Below are positions 17,603 through 26,342 of a stretch of DNA of 63,715 nucleotides, in pieces. The notes under the pieces were generated by a model that worked only from the letters and a program-made list of their open reading frames with translations, ran no database searches and was not told the DNA's origin. A program made the translations under genes and the position numbers. Where the stretch lies: contig JAOUJV010000004.1 of assembly GCA_029882995.1 (NCBI GenBank), forward strand, positions 1 to 63,715. Direction: 5' to 3'. Origin of the DNA: Gammaproteobacteria bacterium. GTDB taxonomy: Bacteria; Pseudomonadota; Gammaproteobacteria; DAOVJZ01. Numbering within the stretch: the stretch's first letter is position 1; every line of letters starts with the position of its first letter.

Positions 17603-19072
17603 ATGAGATCCACTCATCGTTCTTATCTGACAAACATATTATTGTCATTCGTTTTGCTATTTACTGCATCTGTCCATGCATCAAATGGTATGTTTCAAAT
17701 AGGCTTTGGCCATAAATCCAAATCTATGGGTGGCACAGCTGTTGCTCAAGCTCTGGATTCACTCGCTGCTGGTGCTAACCCAGCCGCCATGGTGCATGTT
17801 GGCAATCGTTATGATATCGGTGTCGAACTTTTCGTGCCTAAACGATCGGTTTATATGAAAGATGCGGCACCTGACGCTTTGACCACTGGCCCAAATAATG
17901 ATCCAAGAAATGGAACATGGGATAGCCGTCATAATTTATTTCCAGTCCCTAACATGGGTTTTAATGTGATGTTGAGTGACAGACTGTCATTTGGTGCGTC
18001 AGTCATTGGGGCCGGGATGGGCACAGCATACGGTTACAACTTTTTTGACGTAGGTCCTGCGGAAGGCGATGAGAATAGTACTGTTGGTATAGAGCTATTT
18101 CAAGTGCAAATATTACCCACATTTGCATATAAATATAATGATACCCATTCTTTCGGCATTTCACCGATTTTTGGAATGCAACGATTCTCTGCTCGCGGAC
18201 TGGGTGAGTTTGGAGATTTCTTTTTCTCGGAAACGCCTAGCCAAATGACTGATCGCGGTCAAGACTGGGCGTTTGGTTATGGTATTAAATTAGGCTGGCA
18301 AGGTCGATTTCTTGAAAATGATGCTTTGACTCTTGGAGCCACTGTAAATTCTGAAGTCTACATGGAAAAATTCAGAAAATACCAAGGGCTTATTGCAAAT
18401 GGGGGTGAATTAAATATCCCTGCACATTATGCTATTGGTATTGCTTATAATGTAAATAAAAAATTCATGGCCACAATGGATGTACAAAGGGTTTTATATA
18501 GCACTGTCCCTGCCATTAGCAACCCACACCCTGGTAATAATTGTTGGGGGGGCACTGGTATTGGTGCCACATGTACCTTGGTGGCCCCAACAGGCGAGGA
18601 CAGAATAGGTGGAGAAACAGGTTTAGGTTTTGGCTGGACCGATCAAACCATTTATAAGTTGGGATTTGCCTTCAAGGCAAATAGCAAGTGGACATATCGT
18701 TTCGGACTTAATTATGGAGAATCGCCTATTCCGGACCATCAAATCCTGTTTAATACCATTGCTCCTGCTGTAGTTGAAAAACACGTTACATTAGGCTTTA
18801 CCTATACCCCTGACAAGGATACCGAGATTAACTTTATGTTTATGCATGCTTTAGAAAACCGACAGGAATGCCGGGCTACTGACAGGGATGATATCCCCGC
18901 TGATGTAGTGGCAGGCGGATTGGGCGCTGAGCTTGCTTATCTTCAAGCTAATCCAGGATGTAGAACTTATTTCACGCCTAACTCGTTTACCAATGGAGAA
19001 TCAGGTTCTGTCGCCGCCGAGATGGTTCAATATTCAATGGGTATAAGCTACTCAAAGAAATTTAATTGGTAA
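17603..19072 (+). CDS. outer-membrane beta-barrel protein, FadL/TodX (long-chain fatty acid / hydrophobic compound transport) family
   Basis: 489 aa; signal peptide ...SVHA|SNG. N-terminal hatch-like motif GMFQIGFGHKSKSMGGTAVAQALDSLAAGANPAAM resembles the FadL N-terminus. Alternating beta-strand pattern; aromatic C-terminal residue (KKFNW). Confidence 0.6.
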   Translation: MRSTHRSYLTNILLSFVLLFTASVHASNGMFQIGFGHKSKSMGGTAVAQALDSLAAGANPAAMVHVGNRYDIGVELFVPKRSVYMKDAAPDALTTGPNNDPRNGTWDSRHNLFPVPNMGFNVMLSDRLSFGASVIGAGMGTAYGYNFFDVGPAEGDENSTVGIELFQVQILPTFAYKYNDTHSFGISPIFGMQRFSARGLGEFGDFFFSETPSQMTDRGQDWAFGYGIKLGWQGRFLENDALTLGATVNSEVYMEKFRKYQGLIANGGELNIPAHYAIGIAYNVNKKFMATMDVQRVLYSTVPAISNPHPGNNCWGGTGIGATCTLVAPTGEDRIGGETGLGFGWTDQTIYKLGFAFKANSKWTYRFGLNYGESPIPDHQILFNTIAPAVVEKHVTLGFTYTPDKDTEINFMFMHALENRQECRATDRDDIPADVVAGGLGAELAYLQANPGCRTYFTPNSFTNGESGSVAAEMVQYSMGISYSKKFNW

Positions 19073-19084
19073 TATAATTTGTAT

Positions 19085-19120
19085 ATTCCTCGGCGAAAGC
19101 CGGGGAATATAATATTTTGC
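19085..19120 (+). terminator. rho-independent terminator after the FadL-like gene
   Basis: 10-bp stem ATTCCTCGGC / GCCGGGGAAT (one G-U pair), GAAA loop, then ATAATATTTT. Confidence 0.6.
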
Positions 19121-19304
19121 TACTGAATTGAATTCGACCCCTTCCGGATAAACTCCCAAACATGGGATACCCTCTGGCATTTTAAAATACTTACTTCTCA
19201 CGAATAAATATTTACACCCATTATTGATTACAAAATAAATACGGATTTTTATGTATGTGTGTCTGGGAAGGAGTAATTGCTCAGAGGCTCCATACATTCA
19301 GGTT

Positions 19305-21950
19305 CTACTGCTGAAGCTCAGACAAAGCCTCTTTAGCATCCTTTATATTGGCAAACTTTCCGATTTCTATCGCTTTTTTCAGGTGTTTCTTTGCTAGTTC
19401 TGATTTTCCCAACTTGAAATAGGACATGCCTAAATGATAGCGAAATATGGCAACATCCGGCATCTTGCCAACGACAGGTGCTAATATTTTAACTGCCTCC
19501 TCATATTTACCCAGTTTATAGTTAACCCATCCAAACGTATCAATAAACATTGGATCTTTTGAAGAACCTAATCTTGAAGCCAACTTGAATGCGCGCTTTA
19601 AATTCTCATCGTCAACCCTGTGTTCAACCAACAATGATGCCAGATTATTTGTTGCCAGCACATTAGATGGCGCAACCTTCAGGATTTGCTCGTAATACCC
19701 TATTGCATTATCAAACTCCTGTTGCCCCTCATGTAGCATGGCCAAACGGTGCAAAAGACGAACATCTTTGGGTAAATGCTTGAGAGCCAGTTTATATGTG
19801 CTTATAGCGCCTTCAATATTGTTCTGTGCAATGCGCACATTTACCAGCTGTATATAGGCATCTGCAGTTTTGGGGGTCAATTTAACCTGCTTATCAAACT
19901 CCATCTCTGCTTTATTCAGTTTGTTTTGATTCTGGTAAAGCACTCCTAATAAACTGTGAGCGGTCGGGTGATTGGGGGACTCTTTAATAATGCCCTCAAG
20001 CTTCGCTTGAGCACCTGATATATCTTTGGCAGCAATATATGCACTTACTAATTGCGCAAGCAAATTTATGTTTTCTGATCGCGTGTAGGCTTCATTAAAA
20101 GCATCTATGGCAGATGTGTAATCCTTTTTTGCCAAAAAAACCATCCCCAAAAATCGATGGGCCATTTTTGTCTCAGGGTTGTTTTCTATTATCTTTCTTA
20201 ATATGGCCTCAGCTTTAGGTGTATCTCCCGTTTTGAGTTGCAGATCTATAAGCTCAGCCAATAAATCTTTAGACTCGGGGTTGCGTTTAAAAGCCTCTTC
20301 AAATTCTGACTTTGCTCTGTTTTGTTTTTTTTGTGCTTTATAAATACGCCCCATTCTAAAATAAGGATCACTACTTTTCGGATCAACTTTTTTTAGCCTA
20401 TTCAAAACCTGTATTGCTTGCGGAATTTTGTTATCCCTTGCCAGCATGCTTGACTTCATCGTCAAAGCATCAATATTATCAGGCTCAATTTTCAAAGCCT
20501 TATCAATATATTTGTATATATTTTCTTTTTCCCTTGTGACAATAAAATAGCGTGCCAGCCGCAATAATGCATCAACATTTTTTGGTGTAAGATCTGCAAC
20601 CTTTATGAGGTTTTCATAAGCCAACTTCATCTCGTCTTCTGCAAGATATGCTTCCGCGATCAAATTTAACACATCAATTCTTTCTGGCTGCGTTTTTAAT
20701 ATTGTGCGAAAAGCTGCAATTGCTTCTGTATTATTTTTATTCTGCAATGCCATTTTACCTTTTAAAGTCAGCGCGTCATGATCGTTGGGGCTTTCATCAA
20801 GAACTTCGGATATAAGGCGGCTAGCTTCTTGGGCTTGAGAACGAGCCATATATATCCTGGCTGCCTCAATGCGCGCCTTGAGTCCGGCAGGACTAAACTT
20901 CCACTTCTCAATAACACCCTCAAAGAGGTCTAGAGCATTATCTTCACGGTTTTCTCTAGCATATACATTTGCCAATACAAATATTAATTTCGGCTCTTCT
21001 GGCAACTTTGAGATTGATAACTTTAATCTTTTAATTCCTTCTTCTCCCCCTTTATGAGTACCAATATAATCAGCCAAAACAAGATGCCTCTCTACATCTA
21101 GCGGTTCTGCTACGACCGCATCCTGCAACACCTTTATCGCCTCATCTTTTTTATCTATTTGAGTATAATGCTTTGATAAAATCACTCGGTAATCAAACAC
21201 ATCCGACTTTATCTCTATTACTTTTTCCAATGTTTTAATTGCGTTATCCATTTGATTATAACGCTGATAAAAATGCACTAACGCCAAACGAATTGAAATG
21301 TTTTCAGGGGATAATAAAACTCCTTTTTTCAATACCTGCTCTTCTTTTTTAACCAGTTTTTGCTGAGCATAAATCTCTGAAAGCAAAATCACGGCGTTTT
21401 CATTACCCCCTTTTGAAAGAACTTCCTCCAGAATTTTAATTGCTTCTTTTGTTTTTTCATTACGAAAATTGAAGGCAGCCTTCAGAACTAGTCCACCAAC
21501 ATAACTTGGATCTCGTTGAAGAATTTCATCCACCTGTTTTTGAACTTCTTTCAGGGTTTCTTTTGCCCTTTCAGCATCTCCGGCTTTTTTTTGCTCATCT
21601 GCAACTAAATAAAAATACCAGCCCAGGCTTTCACGCGTTTTCAGCAACCCTGGATCAAGTTCTAATGCGCTATTGTAACTGCCGAGCGCCTTTCCCCAAT
21701 CCCGCTTATACTCAGCAATCTCACCCAGATAGTGATATGCCTCTGCAGTTTTGGGATCAATTTGTAATACATTTTTGAATTCAATTTGTGCTTTATCATA
21801 GTTTTCTTCGGCAAGGTACTGTTTCCCTTTTCCAAGATACTCCTTAACGGTCTTTTCCGTATTACCACAGGCGGAAACAACCAGCATTATTACTAAAACG
21901 AAGGATGTTCTCATTAATAAAGATTTAACTAAAACCATATTTTTGCCCAC
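19305..21950 (-). CDS. prsT: PEP-CTERM system TPR-repeat lipoprotein (PrsT-like), copy 1
   Basis: 881 aa, TPR repeats throughout, lipoprotein signal with lipobox VVSAC. The size and architecture match the PrsT family as I recall it (about 900 aa). Start uncertain: GTG 21950, ATG 21938 or ATG 21914. Confidence 0.7.
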   Translation of the reverse strand: MGKNMVLVKSLLMRTSFVLVIMLVVSACGNTEKTVKEYLGKGKQYLAEENYDKAQIEFKNVLQIDPKTAEAYHYLGEIAEYKRDWGKALGSYNSALELDPGLLKTRESLGWYFYLVADEQKKAGDAERAKETLKEVQKQVDEILQRDPSYVGGLVLKAAFNFRNEKTKEAIKILEEVLSKGGNENAVILLSEIYAQQKLVKKEEQVLKKGVLLSPENISIRLALVHFYQRYNQMDNAIKTLEKVIEIKSDVFDYRVILSKHYTQIDKKDEAIKVLQDAVVAEPLDVERHLVLADYIGTHKGGEEGIKRLKLSISKLPEEPKLIFVLANVYARENREDNALDLFEGVIEKWKFSPAGLKARIEAARIYMARSQAQEASRLISEVLDESPNDHDALTLKGKMALQNKNNTEAIAAFRTILKTQPERIDVLNLIAEAYLAEDEMKLAYENLIKVADLTPKNVDALLRLARYFIVTREKENIYKYIDKALKIEPDNIDALTMKSSMLARDNKIPQAIQVLNRLKKVDPKSSDPYFRMGRIYKAQKKQNRAKSEFEEAFKRNPESKDLLAELIDLQLKTGDTPKAEAILRKIIENNPETKMAHRFLGMVFLAKKDYTSAIDAFNEAYTRSENINLLAQLVSAYIAAKDISGAQAKLEGIIKESPNHPTAHSLLGVLYQNQNKLNKAEMEFDKQVKLTPKTADAYIQLVNVRIAQNNIEGAISTYKLALKHLPKDVRLLHRLAMLHEGQQEFDNAIGYYEQILKVAPSNVLATNNLASLLVEHRVDDENLKRAFKLASRLGSSKDPMFIDTFGWVNYKLGKYEEAVKILAPVVGKMPDVAIFRYHLGMSYFKLGKSELAKKHLKKAIEIGKFANIKDAKEALSELQQ

Positions 21951-22243
21951 AATAGATTCTGGAGTGACTGCTTGTGCGTCAGAAGCATATTATATAGCAC
22001 AATCATAGCAAATGAATGCGCTGGACCTGACACTAAAAGCAGGTATTTTAGACGAGTAGCGGGGGATTAATGAAGTGCTCGCATGTGGACTAAAGAACAA
22101 CATAGCATGCCAACATTTTTATTTTAATCTACTGGACACACGACACACTTACTATTAATCCAGTCCACAGGTTATTTGTTTTTTGTTGTAAGTTGGCAAG
22201 ATGTTCCCCCCTTACTGATAGTCGAGACAAGGACATATTTAAT

Positions 22244-22272
22244 TAAAAAAGGGAGCTAATAAATTAGCTCCC
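22244..22272 (-). terminator. rho-independent terminator after the 421-aa PEP-CTERM gene
   Basis: Inverted repeat GGGAGCTAAT / ATTAGCTCCC, with a T-run on the minus strand (aaaaaagggagctaataaattagctccc). Confidence 0.65.
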
Positions 22273-22304
22273 TTTCTTTTCGCCTGGAAAAAACCAGTCT
22301 CGTC

Positions 22305-23570
22305 TTAGGCGGCTTTTCTTCTACCAGCCCACACAAGGCCTATCAAGCCCGAACCAAATAACCATACAGCTGCAGGCACAGGAACTGGAACTGGAGCAAG
22401 GCTAGTATACTGAACTTCATGCTCAGAAAAGTCTTCAGCTGTGAAGGTAACTATACGCTCACCATCCGCACGCATCATGAATCCTTTTCCACCGAAGCTG
22501 TTAACCTTCCAGACTGCACCTGGGGTGCCTTCTGGAACGACAGTTGCCAACCATTTCTTGGTTATGGGGTCACGAACCGGGTTACCAAATTCATCATAGG
22601 AATCGGCAGATAACCATACACCCAGAGGGATAACGTCTGCGCCTAAAAACGACACCCTATTATTATATGCATGATCCAATGCCGGGTTATCATTAACAAT
22701 GACTTCACCATTTTCATCCAGTGGATTGGCTAAAGGGTTTGTGTTATTGATAGTAGCATGACCTTCAAAGGTGTCTCTTGTTAATCCATTCAGCTCAGTT
22801 TCCATGTAGTAACTTCCATAACTTCGCATAATAAGACCAGGAACAATCTGAGAGACGGGTTCAGCTGTACTTGCATCCCCATCGACATAATAAACATCAA
22901 AAACAACATCGAATGTTATTTGCCCTGCCATGATTGCTGTACCACTCGCATCATCAGCTAAAACTGAGCCACACCAGCCTTTACCATCAGAAATACCGTA
23001 AGGGCTGAAATTAATCGAAGTGTCGTAGACACCATCTTGCGGAAAAACTGAGGGAGGAAGCCCTGCATTAGCTCCATCACCATCATAAGAAAACATATCA
23101 ACGAAGCCGAAATCCATACCAGACATGGGTACATGGTAATTACCGGCTTTATCAATCTGCATATTGTAAAAATGGCTCTCTGGCATGTCATACCCCCAAT
23201 CACCAAACTTGATGATGCCATCCTGAGAGGCATTTCTATACAAATCAGGGGAGCCAAACTCGACCGATAAGTCGGTTCGTAGATCCTTGGTTAATCCATC
23301 TGCCGGCAACGTATGTACATTTTGCTCTTGCCCAATTCGGGTTGCATCAAATCCAGTGATACCAGTCACTGTGGAAGTCACTGCAAAATCATTAGCTCCA
23401 ACCCCGTTTGGGCCTTTGTAACCCCAATCGTTAAATCTCAGGAAACTATTATTGACCGTTCCATAAGTCGCTTCATCATAATATTTATAATGATCTGTAG
23501 GTGTCGCAGCAAAAGCTGGCTGAGATATGGCACCTAGTAGTGCTACGGTAATTATTTTTCGATGATTCAT
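22305..23570 (-). CDS. secreted PEP-CTERM (VPLPA-like variant) sorting-domain protein, unrelated to paralogs A-D
   Basis: Start at ATG 23570 (MNHRKIITVALLGAISQPAFA|ATP, SD GGGGAG). C-terminus APVPVPVPAAVWLFGSGLIGLVWAGRRKAA. No domain recognised in the ~380-aa mature part. Confidence 0.8.
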   Translation of the reverse strand: MNHRKIITVALLGAISQPAFAATPTDHYKYYDEATYGTVNNSFLRFNDWGYKGPNGVGANDFAVTSTVTGITGFDATRIGQEQNVHTLPADGLTKDLRTDLSVEFGSPDLYRNASQDGIIKFGDWGYDMPESHFYNMQIDKAGNYHVPMSGMDFGFVDMFSYDGDGANAGLPPSVFPQDGVYDTSINFSPYGISDGKGWCGSVLADDASGTAIMAGQITFDVVFDVYYVDGDASTAEPVSQIVPGLIMRSYGSYYMETELNGLTRDTFEGHATINNTNPLANPLDENGEVIVNDNPALDHAYNNRVSFLGADVIPLGVWLSADSYDEFGNPVRDPITKKWLATVVPEGTPGAVWKVNSFGGKGFMMRADGERIVTFTAEDFSEHEVQYTSLAPVPVPVPAAVWLFGSGLIGLVWAGRRKAA

Positions 23571-23679
23571 TACTACTCCCCTCAAATCCTCAAAATTAAA
23601 CAACTAGTTTGCAGATAATTATTTTTGTCTGCATGCTTAACAAGTAATAGTATTTCCCCATATATTCTCTAAAGATATA

Positions 23680-23695
23680 AGCAATATTTATACCA
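23680..23695 (-). promoter_or_regulatory. sigma-54 (-24/-12) promoter for the 421-aa PEP-CTERM gene
   Basis: The minus strand reads TGGTATAAATATTGCT. GG and GC are at the exact consensus spacing (TGGYAY-N5-TTGCT), about 110 nt upstream of ATG 23570. Confidence 0.6.
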
Positions 23696-23767
23696 AATAA
23701 TATTAATCCATAAAAAACAATATGTTACACCAAAAGAGATTTATTATAATCATTTGTTTTTAATCAA

Positions 23768-23785
23768 TTGTAAAAAATATTGACG
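23768..23785 (-). promoter_or_regulatory. candidate enhancer-binding-protein site, proximal degenerate copy
   Basis: TTGTAAAAAATATTGACG matches the 16973 copy at 14 of 18 positions. It starts 73 nt beyond the -24 element, the same offset as at paralog D. Confidence 0.45.
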
Positions 23786-23846
23786 CCTCATACAAAACAA
23801 AAATCATACTTTCCTTTAAGTATCAATGAGTTAACAAATAATGGGG

Positions 23847-23864
23847 GTGTAAAATTTACTGACA
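23847..23864 (-). promoter_or_regulatory. candidate enhancer-binding-protein site (TGT-N11-ACA dyad), distal copy
   Basis: GTGTAAAATTTACTGACA matches the 16973 copy at 17 of 18 positions. Confidence 0.5.
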
Positions 23865-23952
23865 GTCTTTTGAGAGAGCAAGCAGACTATAATCTGATTG
23901 TCACATCCTGAATTTTTCTTTTACCACCCGTTATTCAACTGAATAGTCTGAC

Positions 23953-26325
23953 TTATTTCAAATCATTATAAGCTTTAATCGCTTCATCTTTCTCACTATA
24001 TTTCTGCTCAGACTCTACCGCCAACTTCAGATGTTTTTTAGCCAAGTCTTTCTCGCCCATTTTTTTATATATAGCACCGATATGATATTGGAATATCGGA
24101 ATATCCGGAGACTTCTCGATAACTTTTTTCATATATGAAAGCGCATCATCATTATTCCCCGCTTTATAATAAACCCAGGCCAATGTATCCAGATAAACTG
24201 CTTCTTTGCTGTCTTTTAATTTTGTTGCCAAAGACAAAGCTTCATTAATATCAGTATCAGACAATAGAACTGCAAGGTTATTAACAATAGTTAACATATC
24301 TGGATTTGACTCGAGTATTTCTCTATAGGTTTGTATAGCATTTTTTGTTTTTCCATTTTTCTCATATAACGTAGCAAGCTGGAATTTTAATGTTTTCTTA
24401 TTGGTTACTTTTTCTATCCCATTTGCCAGTGCCTTTTCAGCCATATCTGACTGTCCTGTTAACACATATATTTGTGACAAGCGGGAATGCAAAATCTCTA
24501 TATCATCAGATATAGACAATGCCTTATTAATCGTTTTCTTTGCTGCATCATAATTTTTTTCCACTATATATACTTGCGACAATAATTCTAAAGGCACAGG
24601 GTTATCTGGAAACTGACTAATTACTTTATTAATCCTGGCAACTGCTTTCCCTGGCTCTTTGTTTGATACATAGATTCTTACTATTTGCTTAAGGAAAGTT
24701 AGTTTGTCTTTTGTTTTATCGTAGCCCAGTTCAAACTCAGCGATAGCTTTTTCATATTTCTTCTGCCCTAAATAAAGCCCAGCAAGCTGTTCATACCCGG
24801 TAGGTTTTTCCGGGTAATACTCCTTGATTTTTTCCAATAAGGACTCCACCTCTCCAAACTCCTGTTTTGACGCCAGAATCCTGGCCTTGAGCAACAACGC
24901 ATCAAGCTCCTTTGAATCAAGTTCAAGCGCTATATCTATTTCTTTTAAACCTTTCTCAACATCCTTTTCAGACAAATAGCTTTGTGCCAACAACACATGT
25001 GCCTTGGCATTTTTGGGGTTCAAGTCAACCGCTCTTTGAATGGTTTCCTTTACGAGTTGAAAATCTTTATTTATTGCATGCGCCTGCGCCAATAACACAT
25101 ACACATCAATTGCTCCAGGCTGTTCTTTTAAATAAGTCCTTAATGAATTGACAGCTGTCACAGCATCATTTTTGCTTAACGCGATTTTTCCTTTCGTTAA
25201 GTGTGCGCCGAGATCCTGCGGACTCTCTGATAATATTTCGCCAATATATTTTTCTGCCTTATCAATATCCCCTTTGCCCATATGAATGACTGCAAGCAAA
25301 TTCATTGCAGCAAGACCATCTGGTGAATACTTATCCCCTTCCAAGATGGATGAATAAGTATTGATCGCCTTATCATTTTGCCCGACTTTCTCATAAAGCC
25401 TGCCTAAAACAAGCCTCAACTTATCTCTGTATTTATGTGTTTCAATTGAGCCAATAAGAAACTCTTCCGCCTCCTTTACACTCTTTTTTGTGGCTAGAAA
25501 TTCTGCATAAGCATAGTATCTTTCTGTTTCATCAGGTTCTGCATCAATAGCATCACGTAATATCCTTACCGCCTTATCCAAACTATTCGTGCTGGCATAA
25601 AATTTTGCCACATTAACAATGTATTGATATTCTCCTTCCTTGATATTCATAATCTCAAGGAGAGTTTTTTCAGCATCATCCAATTCATTTCTGGAAATGT
25701 ATATTTTTGCCAACAATCCATGCAATTTAATATTTTTAGGATTGGCTTTTGCAGCTGATTTTAAAACATTTATAGCCTCGCCACTATTTTCAAGCCTTAA
25801 ATATATGCTGGCAAGCATTGCTGCTGCCTCATCAAACTCGGGCTGTTCATTAATAATATCTCTGAGTAAGTTTTCTGCTTCTTTATCCTTTTTTTGCCTG
25901 CTGAATATAGTAGCCTCAAGAAACCTTACTTTATAATGCTCCCTGTTTTTCTCTTTTATCTGTGCCAATATTTCTTTTGCTTTATCCTCTTTCTGCTGCA
26001 GAAGATAAAAACCACCTAATTTAACTGAAGCATCAATGTTTTCAGGATCAAGTTCAACTGCTTTGGAATAATTGCCAAATGCCTTACTCCAATTCTGCCC
26101 CCTTTCTTCAATGACCCCTACGAGATAATATGCCTTTGAGAATTTAGGATCTATTTGAAGAACATTTTTCAACTCGATTTTTGCCTTTTCATAATTCTCC
26201 TCCTCCATGTACTGCTCAGCTTTCTCATAATACTTTTGTTTTCGCTCTTCCTTTCCGCCACATGATGCAAGCATTGCAATCAATACAATTAATAAAAAAC
26301 GACCCATAATATTTTGTACACACAT
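23953..26325 (-). CDS. prsT: PEP-CTERM system TPR-repeat lipoprotein (PrsT-like), copy 2
   Basis: 790 aa, TPR repeats, lipobox MLASC. The N- and C-terminal segments are clearly paralogous to copy 1 (KNVLQIDPK..., ...LAKKHLK...). SD AGGAGA 7 nt upstream of ATG 26325. Confidence 0.7.
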   Translation of the reverse strand: MCVQNIMGRFLLIVLIAMLASCGGKEERKQKYYEKAEQYMEEENYEKAKIELKNVLQIDPKFSKAYYLVGVIEERGQNWSKAFGNYSKAVELDPENIDASVKLGGFYLLQQKEDKAKEILAQIKEKNREHYKVRFLEATIFSRQKKDKEAENLLRDIINEQPEFDEAAAMLASIYLRLENSGEAINVLKSAAKANPKNIKLHGLLAKIYISRNELDDAEKTLLEIMNIKEGEYQYIVNVAKFYASTNSLDKAVRILRDAIDAEPDETERYYAYAEFLATKKSVKEAEEFLIGSIETHKYRDKLRLVLGRLYEKVGQNDKAINTYSSILEGDKYSPDGLAAMNLLAVIHMGKGDIDKAEKYIGEILSESPQDLGAHLTKGKIALSKNDAVTAVNSLRTYLKEQPGAIDVYVLLAQAHAINKDFQLVKETIQRAVDLNPKNAKAHVLLAQSYLSEKDVEKGLKEIDIALELDSKELDALLLKARILASKQEFGEVESLLEKIKEYYPEKPTGYEQLAGLYLGQKKYEKAIAEFELGYDKTKDKLTFLKQIVRIYVSNKEPGKAVARINKVISQFPDNPVPLELLSQVYIVEKNYDAAKKTINKALSISDDIEILHSRLSQIYVLTGQSDMAEKALANGIEKVTNKKTLKFQLATLYEKNGKTKNAIQTYREILESNPDMLTIVNNLAVLLSDTDINEALSLATKLKDSKEAVYLDTLAWVYYKAGNNDDALSYMKKVIEKSPDIPIFQYHIGAIYKKMGEKDLAKKHLKLAVESEQKYSEKDEAIKAYNDLK

Positions 26326-26342
26326 ACCAGTATCTCCTGATG

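Noticed and set aside
19052-19297. 81-aa minus-strand ORF in the convergent gap between the FadL-like gene and PrsT copy 1.
   Set aside because: No Shine-Dalgarno sequence. It overlaps the 3' end and terminator hairpin of the FadL-like gene, and its sequence has no recognisable features.
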